A stretch of DNA of 64,000 nucleotides, taken from an uncultured bacterium. GTDB lineage: Bacteria; Patescibacteriota; Minisyncoccia; Phycocordibacterales; CAINVO01. Positions 46,341-56,568 of the stretch are shown here, one piece after another. Position 1 is the stretch's first letter, and each line of letters starts with the position of its first letter. A program made the translations under genes and the position numbers. Under the pieces are notes generated by a model. It made no database searches and had not been told where the DNA came from. It saw only the letters and a list, made by a program, of their open reading frames with translations. The stretch covers positions 2,557 to 66,556 of the forward strand of contig CAINVO010000029.1 in the NCBI GenBank assembly GCA_903854195.1, written 5' to 3'.

Positions 46341-46864
46341 AAGACAAAAGATCTTTTTTTGAACGATTAACTGGCAGCGTCAGCCTAGATGACGAGTACA
46401 CTGACGAACTAGAAGAAGAAACAGTGGAAGAAGAAACCTCACTCAAAACCTCTAAAAAAGCTAAGCACATTGGAGTCACAGCTTCAGCTGCTGGTAGTGG
46501 GCTTGCTTCTTGGATAGAAGAAGAAGCCGGAGAAGGCCAACTTTCTGTTGACGTGTATGAGACAGACAAAGAAATTATCATTAAAACCATGGTAGCTGGT
46601 GTTAAACGTGAAGATATGGATATTTCCCTAACACGGGACATGGTCACAATCAGAGGTAAACGAGAAGAGGAACAAAACATCTCCGATGAAGACTACATTC
46701 ATCAAGAACTTTACTGGGGTTCATTTTCAAGAAGTATTTTATTGCCCCATGAAGTAGAAATCGAAGAAGCTGAAGCCTCCGAAAGTCAGGGACTGCTTGT
46801 TATAAAACTCCCAAAGATTGACAAAGATCGTCAGACAAAACTTAAAGTTACAAAGTCACTTTAG
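46337..46864 (+). CDS. Hsp20/alpha-crystallin family small heat-shock protein
   Basis: ACD pattern LSVDVYETDKEIIIKT..GV..EDMDIS..RDMVTIRGKRE, GLLVIKLPK; overlaps the PrsW stop by 4 nt. Confidence 0.8.
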   Translation: MKDKRSFFERLTGSVSLDDEYTDELEEETVEEETSLKTSKKAKHIGVTASAAGSGLASWIEEEAGEGQLSVDVYETDKEIIIKTMVAGVKREDMDISLTRDMVTIRGKREEEQNISDEDYIHQELYWGSFSRSILLPHEVEIEEAEASESQGLLVIKLPKIDKDRQTKLKVTKSL

Positions 46865-46888
46865 GATTCAATCAAAAAAACAAAAGAA

Positions 46889-46932
46889 AAACTCGGTCGG
46901 AACAATGTTCCGACCGAGTTTTTTATTTTTTT
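46889..46932 (+). terminator. Intrinsic terminator
   Basis: ACTCGGTCGGAAC..GTTCCGACCGAGT-tttttatttttttt. Confidence 0.8.
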
Positions 46933-46953
46933 TCACCAAATATCAAATGGTTA

Positions 46954-47541
46954 TTAGACTCTCTCTGAGCTTTTTTCGTATTCGTCAGTCTTCCCTTTTA
47001 AAACAAGGAAACAGACCAAAACACAACTCATAACCAATGTGGTTATAATGCCATATGGCAGAAACAGTCCCAGCAGGAGACCAGTAACATAATATGCCGC
47101 GAACGGATCTGTGATGTCAGAATTCTTCCAAATGATGGGCCTGATAAGGCAGACCAATGCTCCAACAAAAATTCCCAAAACAATTTGAGCAAAAATGTTC
47201 CAAGCAACAATCCCCTTGTTCATAACTGAAATCATAAAGATGTCAAAGCCCACCATAATCCCAATTAAGGCGCCGTGTAGCGCATACTCTGAGTTCTTCT
47301 TGATACAGAACGGCTGCACCAAAATCCAAAGAAGAATCCCCGCTGGAATAAATGCCGTCAGGTTCCACAATGGATTTACATCCAAAGGTTTGATGAAGAT
47401 CAAATCCCAGATTTTGATTTGTGGGTTTTGACCAATATGCATCATGTAAACTGGTGGCGATATGGATGCAATGATAACAAGCATGAAGAGAAGGCTCTTC
47501 AGAATGACAAGCTCGTTGCTATTGTTACTTTCCTTTTTCAT
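46954..47541 (-). CDS. Polytopic membrane protein, unknown function
   Basis: 195 aa, about 5 TM helices. Confidence 0.4.
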   Translation of the reverse strand: MKKESNNSNELVILKSLLFMLVIIASISPPVYMMHIGQNPQIKIWDLIFIKPLDVNPLWNLTAFIPAGILLWILVQPFCIKKNSEYALHGALIGIMVGFDIFMISVMNKGIVAWNIFAQIVLGIFVGALVCLIRPIIWKNSDITDPFAAYYVTGLLLGLFLPYGIITTLVMSCVLVCFLVLKGKTDEYEKSSERV

Positions 47542-47604
47542 ATTTTCAATTTTCTCCTTTCTGTATATTACATATCTGCATGTTTGTCAAAAAAATGCAG
47601 ACAC

Positions 47605-47633
47605 AAAAAAACACCCAAATGGGTGCTTTTTTG
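47605..47633 (-). terminator. Intrinsic terminator downstream of tRNA-Phe (minus strand)
   Basis: ACACCCAAATGGGTG flanked by an A-run and a T-run. Confidence 0.6.
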
Positions 47634-47636
47634 TAT

Positions 47637-47712
47637 TGGTGCCGAGGGGCGGACTTGAACCGCCGACCCCATGCTCTTCAGGCACATGCTCTACCAACTG
47701 AGCTACCTCGGC
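47637..47712 (-). tRNA. tRNA-Phe (GAA), CCA encoded
   Basis: Reverse complement: acceptor GCCGAGG/CCTCGGC, anticodon loop CTGAAGA, T-loop TTCAAGT. Confidence 0.85.
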
Positions 47713-47796
47713 ATATATTTATCATCCTACTCAACCAACAACTATACTTACATATTACTTATAATTTAAATTTCAAAATAAGGCAAATCCTCAAAT

Positions 47797-48051
47797 CTAT
47801 ATACCTCTAAGTAAGGTATCAATACCAGGGAGATTAGTGCCAGTTACTGAATGGTATACCTCGTTCATCCTTTCAAAAACAGGCTGAATATAGTACACAC
47901 CTCCCACAATAATCGCGACCAAAATCATCCATCTAATAACGGAGAAAAACTGTGAAATCTTAACGGATCTCTGCATTTTTTTGAGGATTTTATGGTTTTC
48001 CTCAACAACGCGTCTTAGGGCAATTATTTCCTCTTTCAATTCTTCATCCAT
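47797..48051 (-). CDS. Small protein with one TM helix
   Basis: 84 aa, charged N-terminus, one hydrophobic helix. Confidence 0.35.
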   Translation of the reverse strand: MDEELKEEIIALRRVVEENHKILKKMQRSVKISQFFSVIRWMILVAIIVGGVYYIQPVFERMNEVYHSVTGTNLPGIDTLLRGI

Positions 48052-48074
48052 GGGCTAATTGTAGCAAAAGTGAC

Positions 48075-49013
48075 CTATTTTGACCAGCGAGCAAAGATAC
48101 CGCAAGAAAGTAATCTTGCAGACCTATCCTTAATTGAAAGCTCTCCTGACTCAATTTTTCCACCTAGACTATCTTTTAATGGCAGGATGATGTTTTCATA
48201 TGCTAGCGGTGAATATCCAGCAGCATATCCATTTACTAAAAAGAAAACTGGATTATCTGACAAAAGTTTAAAGCAAAGATCAAGCAATTCTGGAAGTTGT
48301 TTTTCAATTTTCCAGGTTTTACCTGTTGGGCTTCTTCCAAAGGCTGGGGGGTCCATTAGAATAGCATCGTATTTTTTACCTCGACGAACTTCTTTTTGAA
48401 CAAACTCAAGAGCGTCATCCAACATCCATCTAATGGAATCGGTTTTATTATTTTCTTTTCCCCCTTCTTTTTTTACCCCAAGACCCGACAAAACCGCATT
48501 TTCTTTTGCCCAAGCAATTGCCGCCTTTGATGCATCCACGTGAGTCACGTTCGCGCCAGACATCGCACATGATATCGTTGCTCCACCCGTGTATCCAAAT
48601 AAATTAAGAACTTCTATTTTTTTGTCTTCACCAAAGACTTGATCATCTATTCTTTTTTCAATCTGTTCTTTCATCCACATCCACTGAACTTCTTGTTCTG
48701 GAAAAAGACCCATATGCTTAAAAGGTGTTGGTTTTATAACTAGCTTTAATCCAGAATAATCAATATTCCATTTTTCAGGCATATCAGTTTTCTTTTTCCA
48801 ACTACCAGTGCGACCATCACCAACTTCAAAAGATGCGTCGATTTTTTTCCACTCTGAATCAGCCAATGCTGGTTGCCACAAAGCTTGTGGGTCGGGTCTT
48901 GATACTAAAAATGACCCGAATCTTTCGAGTTTTTTTCCATCACCCGTATCCAAAAGCTCATATTCTGGCTGGCTTTCTGTAATTAAAATTAGACTATTCT
49001 TTGAATCTTTCAT
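48075..49013 (-). CDS. Class I SAM-dependent rRNA methyltransferase (RlmI/RlmK-like)
   Basis: VLNLFGYTGGATIS (motif I), DAILMDPPAFGRS (motif IV). Confidence 0.7.
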   Translation of the reverse strand: MKDSKNSLILITESQPEYELLDTGDGKKLERFGSFLVSRPDPQALWQPALADSEWKKIDASFEVGDGRTGSWKKKTDMPEKWNIDYSGLKLVIKPTPFKHMGLFPEQEVQWMWMKEQIEKRIDDQVFGEDKKIEVLNLFGYTGGATISCAMSGANVTHVDASKAAIAWAKENAVLSGLGVKKEGGKENNKTDSIRWMLDDALEFVQKEVRRGKKYDAILMDPPAFGRSPTGKTWKIEKQLPELLDLCFKLLSDNPVFFLVNGYAAGYSPLAYENIILPLKDSLGGKIESGELSIKDRSARLLSCGIFARWSK

Positions 49014-49015
49014 AT

Positions 49016-49273
49016 TTAAAAGTCAGCATTATCGCTGGCTAAATCCAAGATAGCATCATTCATCTGAAAATCAAAACTGGCCTCAAGATCTGACTGCTCT
49101 TCAACCTCATCAACCATATCCATACGTGATTCATCAGAATCATCTTCTTTCGTATATTTACTATATTTTACATCAATATCAAGTAGTAATTTTTTTACTC
49201 TTTCTCTATCCTCTTTTAGAAATTTTCTTAGTTCCTCACCTTTTAGATTTTTTAATTTTGATTGTATGGTCAT
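49016..49273 (-). CDS. Small acidic protein
   Basis: 85 aa, highly acidic C-terminal half. Confidence 0.35.
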   Translation of the reverse strand: MTIQSKLKNLKGEELRKFLKEDRERVKKLLLDIDVKYSKYTKEDDSDESRMDMVDEVEEQSDLEASFDFQMNDAILDLASDNADF

Positions 49274-49276
49274 ATT

Positions 49277-50818
49277 TTATTCTTGGCTTAAAGAGGCCAA
49301 AGTCTTAATTGCACGCATAATATCTTTTTTTATAAGTGGAAAAGTTTTAATTTTTTTAGCTTCTGCAAGAAATACCATAGCTTTCTCTGCTATTTTTTGT
49401 TCATCCTCGTCCAAACTACCTAAATTACTTTTTAAGGACCTCTCCAATGCTGCCGCCTTCTTTTTAATTACAACCTCCTTAGGATTTCCTGAGATCAAAA
49501 CATTCTCTAAAACTTCAATCTTTTCATTTATATCTTCCAATGCCCCTTTCCTTTCATTCGAAGATTCTTCCTCTTCTAAGGCACCTGGAGGTACAACTGA
49601 TTCACCCTCTAGTTCTTGAGGTGGTTGCTGCTCATCTTCTACGTTGCCACCCTCAGATGTTTGAACAGGTGTATGAGTTTGGGTAGGGTCGACATCAACT
49701 GTTGAGCTGGAATTATTGCCCTGATCTACAACATCCTCATCCACCCCGTCTTCAGAAATGGTTTCACCTGAAGAATGATTTGGGGTGTGTTTATTCCTAA
49801 ACCTTTCCCATGATTTTATTTTTGATTCAACCCCATCAAGATATTCATCTCTTCTTTCTTTCTCACGTTTCATTGCGTCAATCTTCATATCCAAAAGTTC
49901 AGCACTATTTATATGATCCTTTAATGCTTCAGAGATTTGATGATAAGCATCCTCACCAATAAGTTCTCGATCTTCAAGCACAGTCTCATACTCAGTGATA
50001 GTATTTTCCAATTCACCCAAACTGTTTATTGCCTCCTCTATTCCCCTTCCAAGTTCAACACTTTGAATAGCCTTATTTTCATAGTCTGCTCTTTTCTTTA
50101 GACTATCAATAGCTACATCAACTTTTCCGTTAAAATCTGACTCCAGTTGAGCCATTTTTTCTTTATATTTTTCAATATCAGCTTTATATAAATCTTGTTT
50201 TCTAGCTCTCTCATCAATAGCTGTATTTAGTCTCTGTATTTTTTCATCGGCTTGAGCTTGCTTTTCATTTTTAGTCCTTTCGTAAAGTTCAACGAGAAAA
50301 GGATCTTTGATTGCTGACAAGCGTTCAGTAAAAATCTGTTGATCTTCATCGTTCTTTTTGGCAACCAACACTGACTGCTCCCTAAGATCACCTATCTCTC
50401 CAGATAATTCTTGAATGTCGCTCTCTTTCAAATCTATAAGATCAGCAGCTCCTCCGCTAGCACGTTTAAATTTCCATTTATCAACTGTTCTGAGTTTTAC
50501 ATAGTCATAAACATTACTAATCCATTCAGGTTTTTTTCTAGAAATTTTATTAATCCTAGAAGCTCTCCAATCTGCATCCTTCTTTTTCTTTTCTGTCTCA
50601 GCTCCTTCCACCTTATCTACTTGGTCCATCCTATCCACTACATCAGCTTTCTCCGCATGTATAGTTTCAGGTGGAGTAGCAGAAGAAGACTCCGCAACCC
50701 CTGGTGCATCTTTTTCAGTCACTGGAATATTTAGTGGTACTTCAGATTCTGGAACGATAGCTTTTGGAAGTTCATTAGTCTTAATGGGAATTGCACCCGG
50801 GTTTGATTCATTTGTCAT
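49277..50818 (-). CDS. Long coiled-coil / disordered acidic protein
   Basis: 513 aa, Glu/Lys-rich heptad regions, no TM helix. Confidence 0.45.
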   Translation of the reverse strand: MTNESNPGAIPIKTNELPKAIVPESEVPLNIPVTEKDAPGVAESSSATPPETIHAEKADVVDRMDQVDKVEGAETEKKKKDADWRASRINKISRKKPEWISNVYDYVKLRTVDKWKFKRASGGAADLIDLKESDIQELSGEIGDLREQSVLVAKKNDEDQQIFTERLSAIKDPFLVELYERTKNEKQAQADEKIQRLNTAIDERARKQDLYKADIEKYKEKMAQLESDFNGKVDVAIDSLKKRADYENKAIQSVELGRGIEEAINSLGELENTITEYETVLEDRELIGEDAYHQISEALKDHINSAELLDMKIDAMKREKERRDEYLDGVESKIKSWERFRNKHTPNHSSGETISEDGVDEDVVDQGNNSSSTVDVDPTQTHTPVQTSEGGNVEDEQQPPQELEGESVVPPGALEEEESSNERKGALEDINEKIEVLENVLISGNPKEVVIKKKAAALERSLKSNLGSLDEDEQKIAEKAMVFLAEAKKIKTFPLIKKDIMRAIKTLASLSQE

Positions 50819-50976
50819 ATGTTGTACAAATTATAACTCAAAAAAAATTTGTGTGCGACTGCGACATTGTTTGATTTATCAAATAATAAGTACTCCTGTG
50901 GTGCGGCATTGTTATCAGCAGGAATCGGTCACAAGTCACTAAGTCTGCTCGGCATGAAGTCGGGATTTTTTATATG

Positions 50977-51048
50977 TGCCACCAGCAGGAATCGAACCTG
51001 CAATTACTCCTTAGGACGGAGTAGTTATATCCATTTAACTATAGCGGC
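50977..51048 (-). tRNA. tRNA-Arg (CCT)
   Basis: Reverse complement: acceptor GCCGCTA/TGGTGGC (two G-U pairs), anticodon loop GTCCTAA, T-loop TTCGATT. Confidence 0.65.
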
Positions 51049-51133
51049 AAAGTGACCAAAAAAAATTTGGCCAGCAATTATAACTAGGTAAACCATAAAA
51101 CAGACTGCGAGAAGTCTGCAAACAATCTACAAA

Positions 51134-51367
51134 CTACCCTTGTGCCAACTCGAGAAGATGCTCGCGATCAAAACCAACCATGATCTGACCATCAATTTCA
51201 ATTACAGGCACCCCCATTTGACCACTTTTTTCAATCATTTCCTTACGTCTGATGATATCCGCCTGAACATTTACTTCTTCAAAAGAAATATTTTTCTCTG
51301 TTAATAAATCTTTTGCCATCTTACAATATGTACAGGTTGGTGTGCTATAAATTGTGATTTTTTTCAT
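51134..51367 (-). CDS. Glutaredoxin / NrdH-like redoxin
   Basis: MKKITIYSTPTCTYCK (CxxC), GVPVIEIDG; internal Met start preferred over the ORF-track TTG at 51436. Confidence 0.75.
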   Translation of the reverse strand: MKKITIYSTPTCTYCKMAKDLLTEKNISFEEVNVQADIIRRKEMIEKSGQMGVPVIEIDGQIMVGFDREHLLELAQG

Positions 51368-51548
51368 ATTACGACAATTATACCTGAAAGGAATTTGGTA
51401 GCAACTAAGGAAATAAATCCCAAAAAATCGAGACAATTTAAAGTTTTAACAAGAAATATATCCCCACCGGCCCCGGGCAACGCCACAAAAATAAAGACCA
51501 CCAAACGTTGTTACGTTCGGCGGTCTATTTTTACATTGCCCATTGGCG

Positions 51549-52949
51549 CTATTTTGAACGACGCAATCGTCCTAACAGGCGCGAACATTTAAAGAGAAAC
51601 TTCCTGAGGAAACCCTTTGCAAATGGGTTAAAAACACTAGTCACAACAAACGCACCATAGATCGCACGAATTGCATTTTCATAGTCATTGTTTTCAACTC
51701 CAATGATAATGCTAATTTCACTCGAACCCTGACTAATCATTCTTATATTGATTCCTTTTTTTGCTAAAGCCAAAAAAACTTTGGCCGCAACCCCTGGGGT
51801 GTGTACCATTTCCTTACCCACTACAGCGATCAATGCCATGTTGGGAATAGTCACAACAAGGTCTGGTGACATTGTGTTCCTAATAATACTTGCCACAACC
51901 TCAAGCTGCCCTCTTAGTTGACGGTCATCTATGATGACGCTCCAAGTATCAATACCACTTGGTGTATGTTCAAAACTAATACGCTTCCTTTCTAGAATTG
52001 TACAAATTTGACGAACGAAACCAACTTGAAGATTCATCAACATTTTTTCAACTTTGATTACTGAGAAATCTTTTCGGCCGGCAACACCAACAATGATATT
52101 AGGATTTTTCCCTTTAGGGCTTTCTGAAACAATCAAAGTGCCTGGATCATTTGGTTTGTTTGTATTTTTGATAACTGTGTTAATCTTTGCTTCCCATACA
52201 GGAAACATAGCCTCTTCATGAAAAACATTTGCTCCCATATAAGTGAGCTCACGTAGTTCTTGATAAGTAACGACTTCGATCCTTTGCGGATCTTTTACCA
52301 CACGAGGATCTGCCATCAAAATACCGGAAACGTCGGTCCAATTTTCATATAAGTCTGCCTTAGTTGCTCGGGCAATTATCGCCCCAGTAACATCAGAACC
52401 CCCACGTGAGAAAGTCTTGATTGTTCCATCAGGTTTTGACCCATAGAACCCGGGTATAACAACCCTGCGACCTTTCAAACTTTCTAATGCATCGCGAATA
52501 TGTTGATCATCTTTTATATGACGACCATTTTTATCAAACCGAATACAATCGGCTGCATCAAGAAATTCACAACCAAGAGCTCCTGCAACAATCTTTGCCA
52601 TGAGATATTCACCTCTACTGACAAGATAGTCTTCTGAAGCCCCCAATCTCATGTTGTTACTTATCTCATCGAACTCGCTGTTCATATTTATCTTTAAACT
52701 GAATCCGTTTGCGATTTCAACAAAACGATCAATCACGAGATTTTTAATTTCCTCCGATGACTGACCAAGACTATTTAGTCTGTACCATTCTTTGAGAAGA
52801 TCGGTGACCTTCACATCAAATGGTGATCTTTTTCCTGGAGCTGAGACTACGATATATCGACGTGAAGAATCCAAAAATACTATACATTGGACCTTCACAA
52901 TCTGGCGCGCATCAGCAAGTGATGTTCCTCCAAATTTACAAACTTTAAT
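51549..52949 (-). CDS. lysC: Aspartate kinase (with C-terminal ACT domains)
   Basis: KFGGTSLADA N-terminal kinase motif lies upstream of the ORF-track GTG at 52898. In-frame ATA/ATT at 52952/52949 is preceded by a perfect SD, AGGAGG; ACT domains at the C-terminus. Confidence 0.85.
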   Translation of the reverse strand: MKVCKFGGTSLADARQIVKVQCIVFLDSSRRYIVVSAPGKRSPFDVKVTDLLKEWYRLNSLGQSSEEIKNLVIDRFVEIANGFSLKINMNSEFDEISNNMRLGASEDYLVSRGEYLMAKIVAGALGCEFLDAADCIRFDKNGRHIKDDQHIRDALESLKGRRVVIPGFYGSKPDGTIKTFSRGGSDVTGAIIARATKADLYENWTDVSGILMADPRVVKDPQRIEVVTYQELRELTYMGANVFHEEAMFPVWEAKINTVIKNTNKPNDPGTLIVSESPKGKNPNIIVGVAGRKDFSVIKVEKMLMNLQVGFVRQICTILERKRISFEHTPSGIDTWSVIIDDRQLRGQLEVVASIIRNTMSPDLVVTIPNMALIAVVGKEMVHTPGVAAKVFLALAKKGINIRMISQGSSEISIIIGVENNDYENAIRAIYGAFVVTSVFNPFAKGFLRKFLFKCSRLLGRLRRSK

Positions 52950-53094
52950 TATTTTTCCTCCTATTTTTTACGTTATTTAAGTCAAAGATTCATTAGATTT
53001 CTAATTCGTATACTACGTAAAAGAAGTAAAAAAGCAAGGGGCCTAAAATTTTCAAAATCAACTTAATTTAAAGAAAAACATCTGTGCAAATCTG

Positions 53095-53165
53095 TGCGGG
53101 TAGCGAGAATCGAACTCGCGTCTCAACCTTGGGAAGGTCGCATTCTACCACTAGACCATACCCGC
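53095..53165 (-). tRNA. tRNA-Gly (CCC)
   Basis: Reverse complement: acceptor GCGGGTA/TACCCGC, anticodon loop TTCCCAA, T-loop TTCGATT. Confidence 0.8.
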
Positions 53166-53180
53166 ATCACCAATTTCAAA

Positions 53181-53561
53181 TTAAAAAATATTTTTAATGT
53201 CGTTCCATATATTACCAAAAAAACCCGCCTTCTCTTCTGTTGTACTAGCACTAGAAGTCGAATCAACTATTACAAAAACTTTTTCTCCATCTTTTGACAC
53301 TTGAAATTTTTGACGTATCTCCTCCTCTACCCCTTCATCAGTATCGAGGTGAGATAAAGATTTTTGTAAATCAGCCTGGCGACCCTGAAGTTTGGCTAGT
53401 TCGACTGACACACGGTCGGCATTTTGGGAACTTTCTTGATATTTTTGATAGATATTCCACGTACCTCTACCTACTAAAATAATGAGAAAAAATAATATTA
53501 CGGCAGTAGTTTTAGAATATATTTTTCTGCGTGTATTCCTCTTCTGTTGAAATTCTCTCAT
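53181..53561 (-). CDS. Septum formation initiator (FtsB/DivIC-like)
   Basis: N-terminal TM helix followed by a coiled coil (LAKLQGRQADLQKSL). Confidence 0.5.
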   Translation of the reverse strand: MREFQQKRNTRRKIYSKTTAVILFFLIILVGRGTWNIYQKYQESSQNADRVSVELAKLQGRQADLQKSLSHLDTDEGVEEEIRQKFQVSKDGEKVFVIVDSTSSASTTEEKAGFFGNIWNDIKNIF

Positions 53562-53912
53562 TAAAATGTATTATACATTAATGCTATTCGAACGAAAACA
53601 CAAAAAAACAATAAATTTCATCTGGGGAGTACTTTGTATATTGATAGCAATCAGTATGATCTTACTCTACATGCCAAACCTTTTCAGTTAGATAGAGGGC
53701 TGATTTAATAATATCCACATAGTCAAAGATTAGGAATAATAATCATTCTCTGTTTCTGAACGAGTTAGTGTAGACAGCTACAACATCATGAACTTTTTAG
53801 AACATGTTCACTGTCTGACGAGTGAAACGAGGAGTTTGAAAATATTCGTAAAAAAAGTGAATAGATATTGTTTGCTGTCGAAACGCTTTAGTGAAGGGAC
53901 GGGGGATGAATA

Positions 53913-55769
53913 TTATTCCCCACTCTTCATCATCTTCAAAAAAGTCTCATGCGGAATATTTACATTACCTCTACCCCTTTCAGCCATTTTCTTTTTACCT
54001 TTTTTCTGTTTTTCACGGAGCTTCATTTTTCGAGTAATATCTCCTCCGTACATATGTTGAGTCACATCTTTTCTCATAGCAGACAATGTCTTTGAAGCAA
54101 TAATGCGTCCAAGACCTCTTCCTTGAATCTTAGTTACGAACATTTGCTGTGGCAAAATATTTGCGAGTTTTTCTACTGCTTTTTCAGCATCCTCTTGTAC
54201 GCGACGCACTGACACTACTTTTGCAAAAGCCACTACTGGCTCATCTGCTACCAATATATCAAGTCGGCACACATCAGCCTTTCTCATGCCATCATAATCA
54301 TAAGATAGTGAAGCAAAACCGGATGACACACTTTTCAACTCATCAAAAAAGTTACGCATGAGCTCGCGCAATGGCATTTTGATAGTTAGAGCTGTACGAG
54401 TATCTCCACCGCTATCATGCCCAAAAGTTTCAGTCTCTCCTGCTTCAGCTTCATGTTCATAAAGCATTGGCATAATTGCACCAAGATATTCTGATGGGCT
54501 AATTATTTTTACTTTTACCCAAGGCTCGAGAATTTCTACTACTTCGTGCAGATCTGGAAAAAGTGAAGGTGAATAAATGATTTTTTTCTGACCATTTTTA
54601 TAAGTAACTTCGTATGTGATTGAAGGTGTGGCAATTATAAGATTTAGACGGAACTCTCGTTTAAGTCTTTCTGTAATAATTTCTAGGTGAAGCAGTCCCA
54701 AAAAACCACAACGGAAACCTCGTCCGAGTGAACCTGATGATTCTTCTTCAAAAGTAAAGGATGAGTCAGACAAACGAAGTCTACCAAGTGCCTGTCTAAA
54801 CAAATCAAAATCGTCCTGACTTTCTGGATAAATAGATGCCCATACGACTGGCGCTGGACTCATGTATCCGGGAAGTTCTGGTAAGGGTGTGCGGAAAGCA
54901 GTAACGGTATCTCCCACTGATGCAATACCTGGTTTTTTAATACCAGTCACAATATATCCAATTTCTCCAGCTGAAAGATTTTCACATGGAGTTTCTATAG
55001 GATTAAAAGTACCGACTTCTAGTGCTGTAAATTTTTCATCTGCAATTTTAAAAAGTAATGGTGTATTTTTTGCTACCATTCCATCGAAGCATCGTATAAA
55101 AACAATTACACCCTTGTGATTTGAATATTGAAAATCAAAAACCAGAGAACGAAAACTTTGACTGTTTTCAAACTCTTCGTGTGGTGGAGGAACTTTGCGA
55201 ACAATCTCCTGTAAAAGTTTTTCTACACCCTGTCCTGTTTTTCCAGAAGTCTCAAGGATTTCATCCGCTGAACACTTGAGAAGTTTCATAACTTCATCCT
55301 TTATGTCAGCAATACGAGCCAAAGGTGAATCTACCTTTGAAAGCACCGGAATGATTGTAAGCCCACTATTTCGTGCCATTTCAAGTGTGGTAAGAGTCTG
55401 TGCTTGAACCCCTTGAGTAGCGTCTACGAGCAAAATACAGCCTTCTACAGCCTTTAGGGCACGAGATACTTCATAGAAGAAATCTATATGTCCGGGGGTA
55501 TCAATAAGATTCAAGATATATTCTGGAGCACCTATCTCCTTTTCCAAATCAGCCTTAGTTTTACCAGTTGGAGTGTAATCCATGCGTACTGGACGCATTT
55601 TTATAGTAATCCCCTTTTCCTGCTCAAGTTCCATATCATCAAGGACACGATCATGCATTTTTCTTTTCTCAATCGTATTGGTAATTTCAAGCATGCGGTC
55701 AGCCAAAGTGGACTTACCGTGATCAATATGGGCTATGATACTAAAGTTTCTAATGTGACGTAAATTCAT
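53913..55769 (-). CDS. lepA: Elongation factor 4 (LepA)
   Basis: NFSIIAHIDHGKSTL, DTPGH, LepA-specific C-terminal domain; start taken at MNLRHIRNF. Confidence 0.93.
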   Translation of the reverse strand: MNLRHIRNFSIIAHIDHGKSTLADRMLEITNTIEKRKMHDRVLDDMELEQEKGITIKMRPVRMDYTPTGKTKADLEKEIGAPEYILNLIDTPGHIDFFYEVSRALKAVEGCILLVDATQGVQAQTLTTLEMARNSGLTIIPVLSKVDSPLARIADIKDEVMKLLKCSADEILETSGKTGQGVEKLLQEIVRKVPPPHEEFENSQSFRSLVFDFQYSNHKGVIVFIRCFDGMVAKNTPLLFKIADEKFTALEVGTFNPIETPCENLSAGEIGYIVTGIKKPGIASVGDTVTAFRTPLPELPGYMSPAPVVWASIYPESQDDFDLFRQALGRLRLSDSSFTFEEESSGSLGRGFRCGFLGLLHLEIITERLKREFRLNLIIATPSITYEVTYKNGQKKIIYSPSLFPDLHEVVEILEPWVKVKIISPSEYLGAIMPMLYEHEAEAGETETFGHDSGGDTRTALTIKMPLRELMRNFFDELKSVSSGFASLSYDYDGMRKADVCRLDILVADEPVVAFAKVVSVRRVQEDAEKAVEKLANILPQQMFVTKIQGRGLGRIIASKTLSAMRKDVTQHMYGGDITRKMKLREKQKKGKKKMAERGRGNVNIPHETFLKMMKSGE

Positions 55770-55861
55770 AATTGTTGTGCAAATATTCACCAGCATCTGC
55801 TGGAAAAATGCGATTGGGGTCACTATATCACAAAATACCTATATAGAAAAAATTTAAAAAA

Positions 55862-56539
55862 CTATCTATTCTTTCTATCCTCAACAACTTTTCCATCACT
55901 TAGACGAATAGTTCTTTCGGTCATTTTTCCATATTCCTCTTCGTGAGTAACCATAATAATAGTCTGTCCTTCTTTATGAAGTTCCTTAAATAAATCTATA
56001 ACTACCCGAGATGACTCCGTATCTAGATTGGCGGTTGGCTCATCTGCAAAAAGTATTTTTGGTTTATGAGCAATCGCTCTTGCAACGCTAACGCGCTGTT
56101 GTTCTCCACCAGAAAGTTGACTAGGTAGATTTCCTGGCCGATGACCAAGGTTTACTCTATCTAAGGCCTTCTTAGCTACACTATATGCATGTTCAGTTGT
56201 TTTCCCTTGCATTATTAAAGGTAGTGCAACATTTTCAAGAGCCGTAAGATCTGGAAGCAATGCATAATCCTGAAAAACATATCCAAGCTTATGGAGGCGA
56301 TATTTTGTACGATCATCACTTGAAAGATCTGTTGCATTGACCCCATCAATAATAATATCTCCGGAGCTAGGATGATCTAGTAAACTGATTTGATAAAGCA
56401 AAGTACTTTTACCTGCACCTGATCGCCCCATAATTGCAACAAACTCTCCATCCTCAATAGAAAAATTTATATCCTTAAGCACAGGTGTTTCAACCTTTCC
56501 GTCGTGATATGTTTTTATTAAGTTTTTTATTTCTATCAT
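55862..56539 (-). CDS. ABC transporter ATP-binding protein (MacB/LolD-type)
   Basis: Walker A GRSGAGKST, ABC signature LSGGEQQR, Walker B ILFADE. Confidence 0.88.
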   Translation of the reverse strand: MIEIKNLIKTYHDGKVETPVLKDINFSIEDGEFVAIMGRSGAGKSTLLYQISLLDHPSSGDIIIDGVNATDLSSDDRTKYRLHKLGYVFQDYALLPDLTALENVALPLIMQGKTTEHAYSVAKKALDRVNLGHRPGNLPSQLSGGEQQRVSVARAIAHKPKILFADEPTANLDTESSRVVIDLFKELHKEGQTIIMVTHEEEYGKMTERTIRLSDGKVVEDRKNR

Positions 56540-56568
56540 TTTTTTTATTTTATTTATCTGCAGATATT

